From the NCBI GenBank assembly GCA_051942245.1, contig JAVECL010000040.1, forward strand, positions 61,876-81,875: a stretch of DNA of 20,000 nt. Direction: 5' to 3'. Below are positions 1-10,188 of this stretch, in pieces (position 1 is the first letter of the stretch; each line of letters opens with the position of its first letter). This DNA is from Trypethelium eluteriae. Taxonomy: Eukaryota. A program made the position numbers and the translations under genes. The notes under the pieces are model-generated. The model worked only from the letters and a program-made list of their open reading frames with translations, made no database searches and was not told where the DNA came from.

Positions 1-868
1 TCCGTATGCCCCTCATCAATGCTTCTTTGCCAGCACCTCGAAGGTAAGCCGTAAAGTCAGCACGGCCACCGGTCGAGAGAGCACGCTCATGTTCGATTTG
101 ACCCTTGATGTACGCGACGTCTTCGGCAACGTAATCGTGGTCGGCTGGGAGATTACGCAAGAAACTGAATACTTCCACAGCTTGTTCTTCCCTCCCCCGT
201 TTCACCAGCCAGGTAGGGGATTCTTTCAGTAGGGGAACGAAAATAGCCATGAGGCCAGTCGGGATCATCTGAACGGCCATGGGAATCCTCCAACTCATCG
301 ATTTAGTTGGATCGATGTGATGAACGATACCATAGTTTATCCAGAATCCGACCACTGAGCCAATCTGGTAGGACGATTCTATAAAGCCGATCAGACGGCC
401 TCGTATTGCAGGAGGCGATATTTCAGCGATATAGATTGGAGTAACGGCGGCCAATCCACCAACACCAAGTCCCGAGAGCAGTCGGCCAGCATAGATAAGA
501 CCAAGTTGATTCTGAGCAACAGTGCAAAGAATGGCGCCGAGAATGAAAATGGCGTCTGAAATAATGACTGTGCTCTTCCGGCCGAGAAGTTCTAGGGAAA
601 AGGACACGAAAAGGGCACCAAAAAAGCCGCCAGCTGAGTATATGCTTGTCACATTACTTGAAACGTTATTCTGCTCGGACTTGGACATATGATTGAGTCC
701 AAAGTCGCGCACAAAGCTGGGCTGTGTGATCGTGGTACCAATAAAAGCAGTGTCGTAGCCGTACGCGAATGTACCGAGAGCGAGGATTAGCGCGAATGCA
801 TATACCTTCCAGTTGTATATTTCTTTTGGTGTCGGGCGATCCTCTTTTGCGCGGGTAAAGCTAGTCAT
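1..868 (-). CDS. MFS sugar-porter family transporter, quinate permease (QutD/qa-y)-like; 5' part only, runs off the window start
   Basis: Manual translation from ATG at 868: MTSFTRAKEDRPTPKEIYNWKVYAFALILALGTFAYGYDTAFIGTT...LGRK...GRLLSGLGVG...PIYIAEISPPAIRGRL...WRIPMAVQ...ESPTWL. EDRPTPKE.YNW is the typical quinate permease N-terminus; GYD, E.SP..IRG and ESP.WL are sugar-porter motifs. The frame is open to position 1. Confidence 0.88.
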   Translation of the reverse strand, partial: MTSFTRAKEDRPTPKEIYNWKVYAFALILALGTFAYGYDTAFIGTTITQPSFVRDFGLNHMSKSEQNNVSSNVTSIYSAGGFFGALFVSFSLELLGRKSTVIISDAIFILGAILCTVAQNQLGLIYAGRLLSGLGVGGLAAVTPIYIAEISPPAIRGRLIGFIESSYQIGSVVGFWINYGIVHHIDPTKSMSWRIPMAVQMIPTGLMAIFVPLLKESPTWLVKRGREEQAVEVFSFLRNLPADHDYVAEDVAYIKGQIEHERALSTGGRADFTAYLRGAGKEALMRGIR

Positions 869-3142
869 CGTGATGGAGTTTTCGTTGAACGGCCTCGTAT
901 TGGAACTCCTCAAGCAAATGAAAGATTAAGACAGAGCGCGGGAGCAAAGGGCTTATCCACCCTTGTTTTCATACCTTCAGAATACCAAACCACGCTATCT
1001 ATCTTCGCACGGGATTCTTTCCCGAGACTTGCTCGAGTCAACCAACTTACTGCGTCCATTTTCTTGCGATGTAGACCCAATCAGAAGGTTTCTCCAAGGA
1101 CCTTCAGCAGATCACACCTACACGAATCAGCTCTAGCCAAGCTAAAGTCTTACCTTGCGGGGGATCAATAGAATTCCGTCCGCGATCTCTGGATGGCGTC
1201 CAGTATCATACAAGATTGTTAGCTCACGACCACGAAGGATGCCGTAGACACCGGAGGGAGGAGGGCGATGCATGATGGCACGAGCCAGGATCATCTACTA
1301 GTGCGGCTACGGCCTCGCCCACCGGATTCCGAGCTTGGCACGTTGGCTAGACTTCAGCAGACAAATTTTCAGAGCTGAATTGGACCTCGCTTTGTTCCAT
1401 GAATTCTCGCAGCTGTCAACATGGGAGATGGCAATGCCGCGACCCGTACCCGGCTACTGTACTTCCTAAATCGTGACAATCTTTCACGTATGTTCTCTGC
1501 AGTCGCAACAGAATTAATCGCCTTTGGCAGCTAGATCTTCTCTGTTCCCAAGAGGCGAGCGTTTCCCGCGGATTCTCCGGACGATCGCCCACTCATGGTC
1601 TCTTTGGAACGTAAGCATGGAAGCAGAGCGAAGAGGAAAGAGAAAGGATAGCCAGCGAAAAACTAGACACATGGGAGGATATACGGAGTACAAAGGATAT
1701 GAAGCGACAAAGAGCAAAGACTTTCAATAACAGACGAGGGTAAGAAGCAAGTATGGAACATGGCAAGGGGGCCTTCTCGCAATGACCAAGTCGGATCGGT
1801 GGTACAATCGATTCGGCAGAGCGATTTATATATTTGATTCCCAGGCGAATCAAGTGACTCGTGCGACATCGTAACGTCCGCAGTATGAACCCGTATCTCC
1901 TATTGATACTGATCCTTGAACATGTGCATTGTTGGGCTCAGTATATTGTCACCTGCCCTTTTTTGGATATTATGTGGAATAGGAAGACTTCAATGACCAC
2001 TTCGAGAGCCTGTAAAAGTCCCACATACTACATTCGAAAGCGAGAAGGTGTGGATGTGGGTGTCGAAACCTTCAAAGACTTTCAGAGTACCGTGGTACTG
2101 TGATCGTGCAGGCGTAAACCAAGTGAGCGATTTTTGAGTCCCACTTTTGGCGTGGCACCATGAAAGACTGCATCCGAACCGAGCCGCCAGGCACTGAAGC
2201 GGTTCTCATGAGCCAAAACGAGTTCAGTCGGAATATGCGTATCCGCATAATGTCGACTGGGACGCATGTTGACATTCATGGCAAGGAAAAAAAAAACTCC
2301 CGCCCTTGCAAACCCGCTCGTACGTACGGTACGGCGCTAGAGAATTGGTAGCCTGCATGAATTGATATTGGTCAATCGACCTCAAACCTGCTAACATGAA
2401 TAGGTGGATCACAAAAGTTAAAGCAATCCAAACATCTTCTGAGAGCTTGCGGTTCCTTAGGCGTCGTGACGAACGCGCAGAGTAGTGCGATGACGGATTG
2501 ATACAGCCGCCTCATAGAGGATGCAACTGGTTGAAAGTACACGCTCGACTAATCCTAGAGGCGTAAATACTTGCCGATTAGCATTTGTGAACAAATGCTC
2601 AAATGTTGACTCAGAAGGCGTCTCTTTGCTGGTCTACATCCTTCGACTTGGTGAGTGTCCAGAAGCCGTCACGGGAACCAGGCATAAATATAAGGTACCT
2701 AGGTACCTATATCCTTTTACATAGCGTGCCTAGGTACCTACCTAACTCGAGAGGTGGCCTGATCAATCGTGGAGCCTGATCAAGTAAAGATTGCGATTCT
2801 CAATTGGCTCGCTTAGCATCCTCTTCGCGCCGGTGCCTGTCGGGTACTAATACTCTACCTAGTAGTGCCTAGGTATGCAAACGTAGGCGTTGGAGGCCTA
2901 TCGTATCGTACCATGAACGCCTTAGAGGCCCACAACGTGTTCGAATCCAGCCTGCCCGCGCATTGAAAGGCCTTCAACTGTTCCATAGGCCAGCTGCCTC
3001 TCAACCGGTCCCTTGCCCAACTGAATAATTAGATTGGCAAACATCTAGACAAGACGAGCCTAGACACATGTATACTACACAATAAACCATCGGATCCCCA
3101 GGCACTGTTGCAGGCCTATCTTAAACGAAGCTCTGCCTCAAG

Positions 3143-3150
3143 TATAAAAG
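3143..3150 (+). promoter_or_regulatory. TATA box upstream of the SIMPL/DUF541 gene
   Basis: TATAAAAG about 165 nt upstream of ATG 3314, followed by a pyrimidine-rich leader. Confidence 0.5.
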
Positions 3151-3313
3151 GATGATGCTACGGGCATCAGAATTCCCTCTTCATTGAAGACATTCCATTG
3201 TTGACTTTCCTTGTTTGAACTCACTCTTTTCAGTGTAGAATTGTTGCCCCTTCTTTGAAACATAAACAACATCAAAAATCGTCCGTCCGATCTTCCCAAC
3301 CATTTACTCCAAG

Positions 3314-4063
3314 ATGGAGAGCACTCGCAGCCTCGAAATCTATCTTGAAGGGTCCTCCGCCATGTCCCGGCTTGCCGAGCGCGGAATCCTCTCCATTAGC
3401 GTCTCTTCGAGCGGGACCTCCAAATCCACTGTGTTTGATGATGCCACTCGAGTCAGCAACGAACTTCAGGCCTTGTTCAGCCCTCTCAATGCAAAGGATA
3501 CCAGCACTGGTCTCCCCAGCGCCGACGCCGCAGTGACCTGGTGGGGCATGCAGAGCATCACAACGCAAACTTGGGTACCCACTATCTACGACAGCAAAAT
3601 CCAGCAGCATAAAGCAGGCGAGCGCCACTACAGCGCCAACTCGTCTTTCACTGTCAAATTCCAAGACTTTGCGAAACTGAACGATATCGCAACGGACCTT
3701 ACTACTCAGCCGTTTGTCACCGTGAGCGGCGTGACATGGGGTCTCACGGATATCACGCGTGACGCACTCGCAAGCGAGAATAGAAGAAGGGCTGTTACGC
3801 ACGCAATTGAGAAGGCACGCGACTACGCCACCGCGGCTGTGAGTGAGCACTCCGTCGTCAGAGTCGTCGATCTGAAGGAATTACAAGATGGGAGTGAGAT
3901 GGGGTCCAGGCGTGCCATGCCGCAAGAGTTAGGTGGAATGATGCAGATGCCGCAGATGCTCCAGACTCAGAGTGGATTGTCAAGTGTGCAAGGCGGATTT
4001 AATTTCAGACCGCAGGATGTAGACTTGCAAGCGAAAGTTAAGGTGAAGTTCTTTGTCGAGTGA
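3314..4063 (+). CDS. SIMPL domain (DUF541)-containing protein, 249 aa, intronless
   Basis: ORF has the SIMPL/BP26-like layout: N-terminal I...G......AERGILSISVSS, middle YSANSSFTVKFQDFAKL and VSGVTWGLT, helix RRRAVTHAIEKARDYA, C-terminal PQDVDLQAKVKVKF. Confidence 0.8.
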   Translation: MESTRSLEIYLEGSSAMSRLAERGILSISVSSSGTSKSTVFDDATRVSNELQALFSPLNAKDTSTGLPSADAAVTWWGMQSITTQTWVPTIYDSKIQQHKAGERHYSANSSFTVKFQDFAKLNDIATDLTTQPFVTVSGVTWGLTDITRDALASENRRRAVTHAIEKARDYATAAVSEHSVVRVVDLKELQDGSEMGSRRAMPQELGGMMQMPQMLQTQSGLSSVQGGFNFRPQDVDLQAKVKVKFFVE

Positions 4064-4812
4064 AGAGAATGGTTTGAGGCTTACAGCTGGAGGAGGTGTA
4101 CGAAGGGTTGCCATCGTTGTAGGCTCCAAGTTCATTGGACAGTGCCTACCTAGTGTTTTCATGAATTCTGCTTGATTGGCCTTTTTCTAAAGTGTACCGA
4201 GGACAAGCTTACTAGCCTAGGACAATATCAAAATTAAATTTTGTAGTCGAGGTTCTATGAGAAAATCATGAGATATCTCCTTCAACGCCATTTGCTGTTG
4301 CGCGTACCGTAACGTGTAGCGAGTCCGTGGAACTTTCAGTCGCCGCTAGGTTGCAAGAACTCCATTCTAGATCTAGCATTACCAACAGTTATGTTGCTAT
4401 CATCTGAAATAGAAGTCAATTTCCACTGTTCCTAGGACTCGGCAGCGCTCATGCCCGCTAGATGGACAAATACGTATCGAAGTTCACTCCGACTGTGTGG
4501 GTTAAGATCAAAGATGAATGTGATCTCGCCAGCCCAATGTCAATCTACGTTAGATGCAAGGGGATATAGTGTCTTAGCAAAGTCAGAATCTTGTTACAAA
4601 CTAATAAAATAGTTTCCATGATCGTGCTGGCCTTCAGACACTTGTATTAGAGGCCGCCTAATTCGCACACAAGGAAAACCAGAGATAAAAAGCAGGGAAC
4701 CCTTCCACCCCTGAAGCTCAATGAGATCGTAGGTGCTTCAGCACAATCGTGAATGGTCAGAGACCACAAGTGCCTGAGATAAGTAGGCTCATTCCGTTCC
4801 GTGGTGGACGTC

Positions 4813-5526
4813 TCAAAGCAAGGCGGCAGCGACACCAACAGCTCCAGCAGCCATACCCATAGTCCAACCGATCGGTGATCCCATAGCCTCACCTTTGTGA
4901 GTTTGCGAGCTTGGTGCTGCGCTAGTGGTCGAGGTTTGGGAGTTTGTAGTTGTACTACCATTCAAGGTTTGGGATGTTGTAGTAGTACTAGGCCCTCCGG
5001 TGAAGTCGAGGACACTAGTAATAATCGCTCGTTGGGCAGACATCACACTCACTTGATCGCTGACCATATAAGAGACAAAGGTCGACGGAAGATATGTAAA
5101 CCAAGGCTCGGAGGAGACAGTCGGGGTAGCGGTAAGGAAGGAGGACGGAAGTGCACCTTTGCTGTCAGCGGGTCCCCAGAATAGGAACTGCGCGGTGAGA
5201 GTCCACGTTAGCCCTGGCACGATGACATCAAAAGACATTCGGCTCGGCTTACTGTAGACACGGCCGATGCCACGCTTGAGGGCAGGGTTGTCGGTAGTAT
5301 AGAGGCTACAACTGACGGAATGATGCTCCCTTGAGATTCCGTTATCAGAGTAGCTTCATATACTCCAACAGCCGAGTCCATCGCTGATTGCTAGAGAGTG
5401 TAGTCAGCAATGAAAGGCATTGAGATGAATTTGTACATTGCTAACCTGCTCAGGGGAGGGCGTCGTCGACTGCGCCATCGCGCCAGCAGCGAAACCCAAA
5501 GCAATAAGTGTACTGGAGAGCTTCAT
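4813..5526 (-). CDS. Ser/Thr-rich GPI-anchored cell-wall/surface protein, about 197 aa; exons 5526-5446, 5390-5253, 5187-4813
   Basis: Signal peptide MKLSSTLIALGFAAGAMAQ. Intron 5445-5391 (GTTAGC..GCTGAC..TAG) and intron 5252-5188 (GTAAGC..GCTAAC..CAG) splice in frame. S/T-rich stalk, then a C-terminal hydrophobic GPI signal (GEAMGSPIGWTMGMAAGAVGVAAALL). TATATAA on the minus strand at about 5666-5672. Confidence 0.8.
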
Positions 5527-7206
5527 GGCTGATTCCGGTCGAGGAAAGAATGCGACAACTTAAGGTTTGGATGGATTGAAAAGTGAAAGCCGAACTTTGA
5601 CGGTCTAGAAATTTCGTGGTCTCCCGACACATCCACGTCCCAATGATGAATGAGGGTAGCCACCCTTATATAAACAGTGATGAAGACACTCACACCGGGA
5701 GCGCTTGGCCCCGAAAATAATGTCTCGTGACATCATTTGGAGCTGATTCCTGCTCAAATTGCCTTCGAGGCAACGGCAAGGCAACGAAGTTGGTGGTACA
5801 GAAGCTGTAACCTCGAATTGTGGGGATTTCAGCTGGGTGCGGCGTCAAAAGTGATTTACGATACTCGATTGAAGCAAATGGATCGCGGCTGACCTGCCTC
5901 TACATCAACTGACTTACAAACCTAAGCCTTCGAGACATCCGGGCGTGTTCAGCAGGTACACTTCTCGGATCTGTGTGACGAACCAAATGTACCCTTTGGA
6001 ATTTCAGAAAGTACGACAGAGCCGGGCGTTGACAACTATCCTACCTTTTCGTACCTCTATAACTCACAAACCTTAGGACACCATGATCAGAATCGAGCCG
6101 ATCATCAACAAAAGTAACAAGGCGCAGTAGATTGCAATGCCAGCTGTTCAGCTACGTGCCGCGCGTCTGCATGAGGTTCCGTGAGTGGGATGTGTTGTCG
6201 TTACTCAGTACCTGCTCTCAAGCAGGCAAGTGAGACATATCGTATGACGTCATGTGGCGCGGGATTGCATTTTGCGCCGCAAACATGCACCAAGGCACTC
6301 AAAAGTCGGAACACGCCAATTGCACTCTACACACCTCGACACGGATGAACCCTGTGGGCAAATGGTACGCCGTGAGCATCAAAATATGAATATCGGGGTC
6401 AGAGGATGTGTTGGATGGGGTTTTATGTGATGTGTGGAGTAATTAGGGAAAGCCCAAAACAATTTCTTGGGCCGCGCAAAGCGGACGCTTAGGTATTTAA
6501 TCCGTACCGCCGGTGACAGAAAACAAAACATGGCATGCCGATTGTGAGGAACTCTTTGTGGTCGGTTTCTCATCTGCCCTGGTGTGGCGCAAAGCATTTC
6601 TTTTCAACAAATCACTGTCAGTGCCAAAGACATGCCATGTTCTCGAGTCCTTTACAATTGGTCAAGGCCCGCAGCAGGATGAAGGCAAACCCTACCCAAG
6701 TCACAAGCCAGCAGAATGGGACAGCCGATCTTCCAAAAGCTTAGAGGAGAGACTAGGCCGGTCACACGTGGGATGAACAAGCCAAAACACGCGAGCTGTT
6801 CCCCAATTTCCCGACCTTGACCGAGATGCTGGGTAATCCGAATTGCGCTATTCGAAATGTCTTGGAGAATTCATCAATGCCATGCCGATAGAAAGCGACG
6901 GACAGCCCTAGCATCTGTAAGATATTCTCAAACTGCTTTGTTTGTGTTCTGCAAGGTCGTTACTCCCGAAGTATCTTGTTTTGGGCTTTCGAGGGCCCCA
7001 GTCGTTCCAATGAACGAGCACGATGGCCACGATACTATATCAGTGTTCAGATCGCACGAAGAAAGGCCAGCTGATCTGCACTAAAGACATTCTCTTGCTG
7101 TGGAATACAGTACTTGGCAAAGCATCATAAGCTCTCGGCTCTGATGTATTCAATCATGTCTATCTAGACAGTGAGTCAACATGTGAGCCTTGCTGATACA
7201 AATGCC

Positions 7207-9255
7207 CTATGTGGTGTGGCTTTTACCTATCGGTACGTTTTTGGAATGATAAAAATGATATTTTGGCATTGGTCGCCAACCAAGCACTTCGTTGCGAACC
7301 TCCTCAATTGCGCTAGCCCATTTCACAAGAACTCCTTCATGGAAAGCTGTTTGATGCAATGACATACCTACAGAAATTCCAGCAGCATCCAGGCCCACAG
7401 GTATTGTTATAATTGGATAACCTGACAGACATTAAGGGAAGCGGAATTGTGCAACATTGGGTTTCTCACCTGCTTGCGCAGCCATTTGTTGACCCACTCC
7501 CTTTCTATCAGACATGATCAATGCGTCGAGCATGATCACTTCCCCAGATGCAGCCCTGTGGCACAGAGCAGCATCGATGCCTTGATCGCGCGACTTTTTT
7601 CGAATGAATTGCAATGCATCATGCATGATATGTCGCGTCTTTTTTACCCTTACATTCCAAGATTTCCTCGAAATTGTCCTGATACAGTTACCAAAGTCAA
7701 AGCAGCAATGAAGGTGACAGTTACTTGACCACTGGGAAAAGCCGGATGATCACCGCACTGCGCCCCTTCCGAGCCCCTGTTATCCAGATTGTAAGCTACA
7801 ATGTCTTCAAGAGTCTTGACATCAGTTTCGGATAACTTGGAGAGGTATTCATTGATTCCATTATACGCCTCAACTTTGACAATTGTGAATTCAGATTCTG
7901 AAGGCACGCCAAATTCCCTGGAAGTGTCAGCAACTTCGCCCAGAGGGACTGCGATGCTTTGGACGATACCAGTTCCAAGCGCCATCTTTCTGGATCCTCT
8001 CCTCGGCGCAAAGAAATTCAGTTGGGATGATTTCTGCTCCAGTAGCCGTAATGGCATCTAAGATCTTTGACACCGCTTGCTTTTGATCTTTGGGTACCAC
8101 ATCCCAGCATCGTTTGATTGGGAGGCCAAATTTTGCCCCTTTCAAATCGATCTTAGAAGATATGAAACTTGTATAGTCACAATACTGGGCGATCCTGCTA
8201 TCTTGAGTCGCTTGATCGTCATAATCTTTTCCCGCGATGGCATTCAGTCCTTGGACAGCATCAAGCACCGTCCTACCAAATGTACCGACAGTATCAAGGC
8301 TCTCGGAGACAGGTATGATCCCAGCTCTTGATGTCAGTCCAACTGTTGGTTTGATGCCCACAACACCATTGATCTGCGCTGGTCCAATTATTGACGTATC
8401 CGTTTCTGTGCCAAATGAAAGAGGTACAATGTTCGAAGAGACTGTAACTGCAGAACCTCCGCTTGACCCAACTTCGCATTGTGAGCTCTAATTGTTCCAC
8501 ATATGGACTGTACGGTAGACTGACAAGGGCTGCTTGAGAGATTAAAGGAGTTTCGTACTTGACCTCCCCTCGGGGAGTAGCTTGTCGAGTAGATCTTGGA
8601 TCGCACCGACGCCCACTCGCTCATATTTGCGTGCCCAAGAATTATTGCACCGGCCTCACGGAGTTTAGCGATTACGAAGGCATCTTTAGGAACTTTGCTG
8701 CCAAGCAGAGCCCAAGAGCCGGCCGTTGTCTGCATCTTATCCTTGGTCGCCATGTTCTAGCAAGTTAACGAGAGCGCCGTTCGTCCCACAGCGCATTTGC
8801 GAACTTACGTCCTTGACAATGACAGGAACGCCATGTAGCATGCTCCGAACTCTGCCACTTCGTCGTTCAGAGTCGAGTTTCAAGGCTATCTCCATTGCAT
8901 CTGGATTGACTTCTATGATACTCTCTAAGAAGGGGTCTATCTACACGTCTCGTTGATTAACGAACGGCTTACTTGGGCAAGTTGGGTTCAGATTTAGAGT
9001 ACCAACCTTCTGTATACGTTCGAGGCAAAAGGCAGTATAGCCAGTTGCAGTCAAAACCCCCCTATCAAAGAGATTTTGAAGCTCAATAATCGTGATCTCG
9101 TATACTTCTTCTCCCTGTATTGTATCTACCCAAAATGTACATGGCACTTCCTGCTTCAGTATGGGCGGTCTCATGTGAAGCGGCGAGATAGAGGACGTAT
9201 CAAACAGATATGCAAAGATGTGTCGCACGAAGCCGAATAATCGGATCATCTCCAT
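7207..9255 (-). pseudogene. Amidase signature family enzyme, 7 exons, with an apparent frameshift (4-bp duplication at 7620-7627)
   Basis: Spliced model uses introns 9006-8941, 8808-8757, 8524-8472, 7969-7918, about 7724-7679 and about 7469-7422. It gives LHGVPVIVKD-NMAT, ANMSEWA, PFGSSGGSA, GTETDTSIIGPA, GIKPTVGLTSRAG and a C-terminal AAQAGYPIITIPVG, with Lys-Ser-Ser triad positions present. Exon 6 reads DATYHA* unless one CATG copy is removed, which restores DATYHDALQFIRKKSRDQGIDAAL. Confidence 0.8.
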
Positions 9256-9477
9256 CCCGCGGAGAATAGGTATGATGAAGGAATACTTGAGGCGATGAGA
9301 ATCGAGAAAGAGCGAATGTTTCGATCGATTATGTTGCTCAACCCAAAGTCCGAGGTACAACATGATATCGTGTCCTCGAGCGTTCCGTCGATAGAAATAT
9401 TCATAGGGTGAAACTGCACAGCAGAAAGGGCGGAGAGGCACTACCCGCTCACGTGAGCAGAATTCACCGTCACCCTT

Positions 9478-10188
9478 CTATACCGTAGGCAGACCCAAAT
9501 GGCCTAAAGCATTCTTTGGTCCTGCTGCTTTCCACTGATCCACTTCAACATCATCACACAACCAAACAGATCCCATCATGCCAGCAGCATTCGTGGTCAC
9601 TCCCTGGAAGCTCCTGCTTCTCCTAGGTATGACAATTATCCAATCTTTTGTAAAAACCACATTGTGTAGATACTCACCTTGTCCAGCTTTCGGATGCAAC
9701 CTCAAAGCCTGTTTTGCCGCACCCAGCAAGTTCTCGTATATCTCAAGGGCCGTACAAGGCCCATCTCCTTTCTCAATGGTTCCGTCATCCAAATAACGTA
9801 GAAAATACTGGAATCGAATCTTTGTGAAGTCGAAATGCCGATCATCTGGGAAAAGTGGACTCTGATGTGGCAATATCTGCAGATGCTTCTGCTTTCGACT
9901 TGCTCCGGCGAGGGACGGGCAGTTGTAGATGGCGTAATTTGGCGAATCTAGTGAGACTATAGCGCTACAAACTGCGTTGAAGTCGTCGAGGGTGAGCGGT
10001 TCGCTTTAGTTGCGGTATGAATCAACGGTCAGAAGGAGTAGCTGTGGCCGAAAGACACAAAACATGTTCACCACAAGCAAATGGGTATTGCAGACGGTGG
10101 TTATAAGCATGTCGGGATCTGACTTGCCAATGTCACTTCCATAGAGATTTTCATACGGCAAATGCCAAGGGCTCATCGAGTGTGCCAT
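9478..10188 (-). pseudogene. Ap4A phosphorylase / ATP adenylyltransferase (Apa1/Apa2-like, HIT/GalT superfamily) with an internal TAA at 10008-10006 and a short N-terminus
   Basis: ORFs 10006-10188 and 9478-9873 are in the same frame and are joined across a single TAA. Translation: DPDMLITTVCNTHLLVVNMFCVFRPQLLLLT..YRN*SEPLTLDDF...YNCPSLAGASRKQKHLQIL...HNVVFTKDWIIVIPRR...NAAGMMGSVW. These match Apa-family motifs (Q.EPL...D, YN....AGASQ.HKHLQ, W...PRR, N..G..G). Confidence 0.8.

Noticed and set aside
943..958. Partial match to the qa-1F/QutA activator site (AGCAAAGGGCTTATCC)
   Set aside because: Only the TTATCC half-site matches well, and it lies very close to the ATG.
1180..2724. Many 60-86 aa ORFs on both strands
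   Set aside because: No recognisable motifs, mutually overlapping, and no consistent splice model. Treated as intergenic, though a decayed remnant cannot be excluded.
3272..3850. 192-aa antisense ORF
   Set aside because: Shadow of the SIMPL gene, with no family motifs.
5700..7150. Short ORFs (6379-7084) in a 1.5-kb gap
   Set aside because: No homology cues; most likely the promoter of the GPI gene and the 3' region of the amidase.
9256..9441. Upstream extension of amidase exon 1 in the ORF track
   Set aside because: It starts at a non-ATG codon and overlaps the probable promoter and E-box. ATG 9255 or 9249 is more plausible, though ATG 9363 is not excluded.
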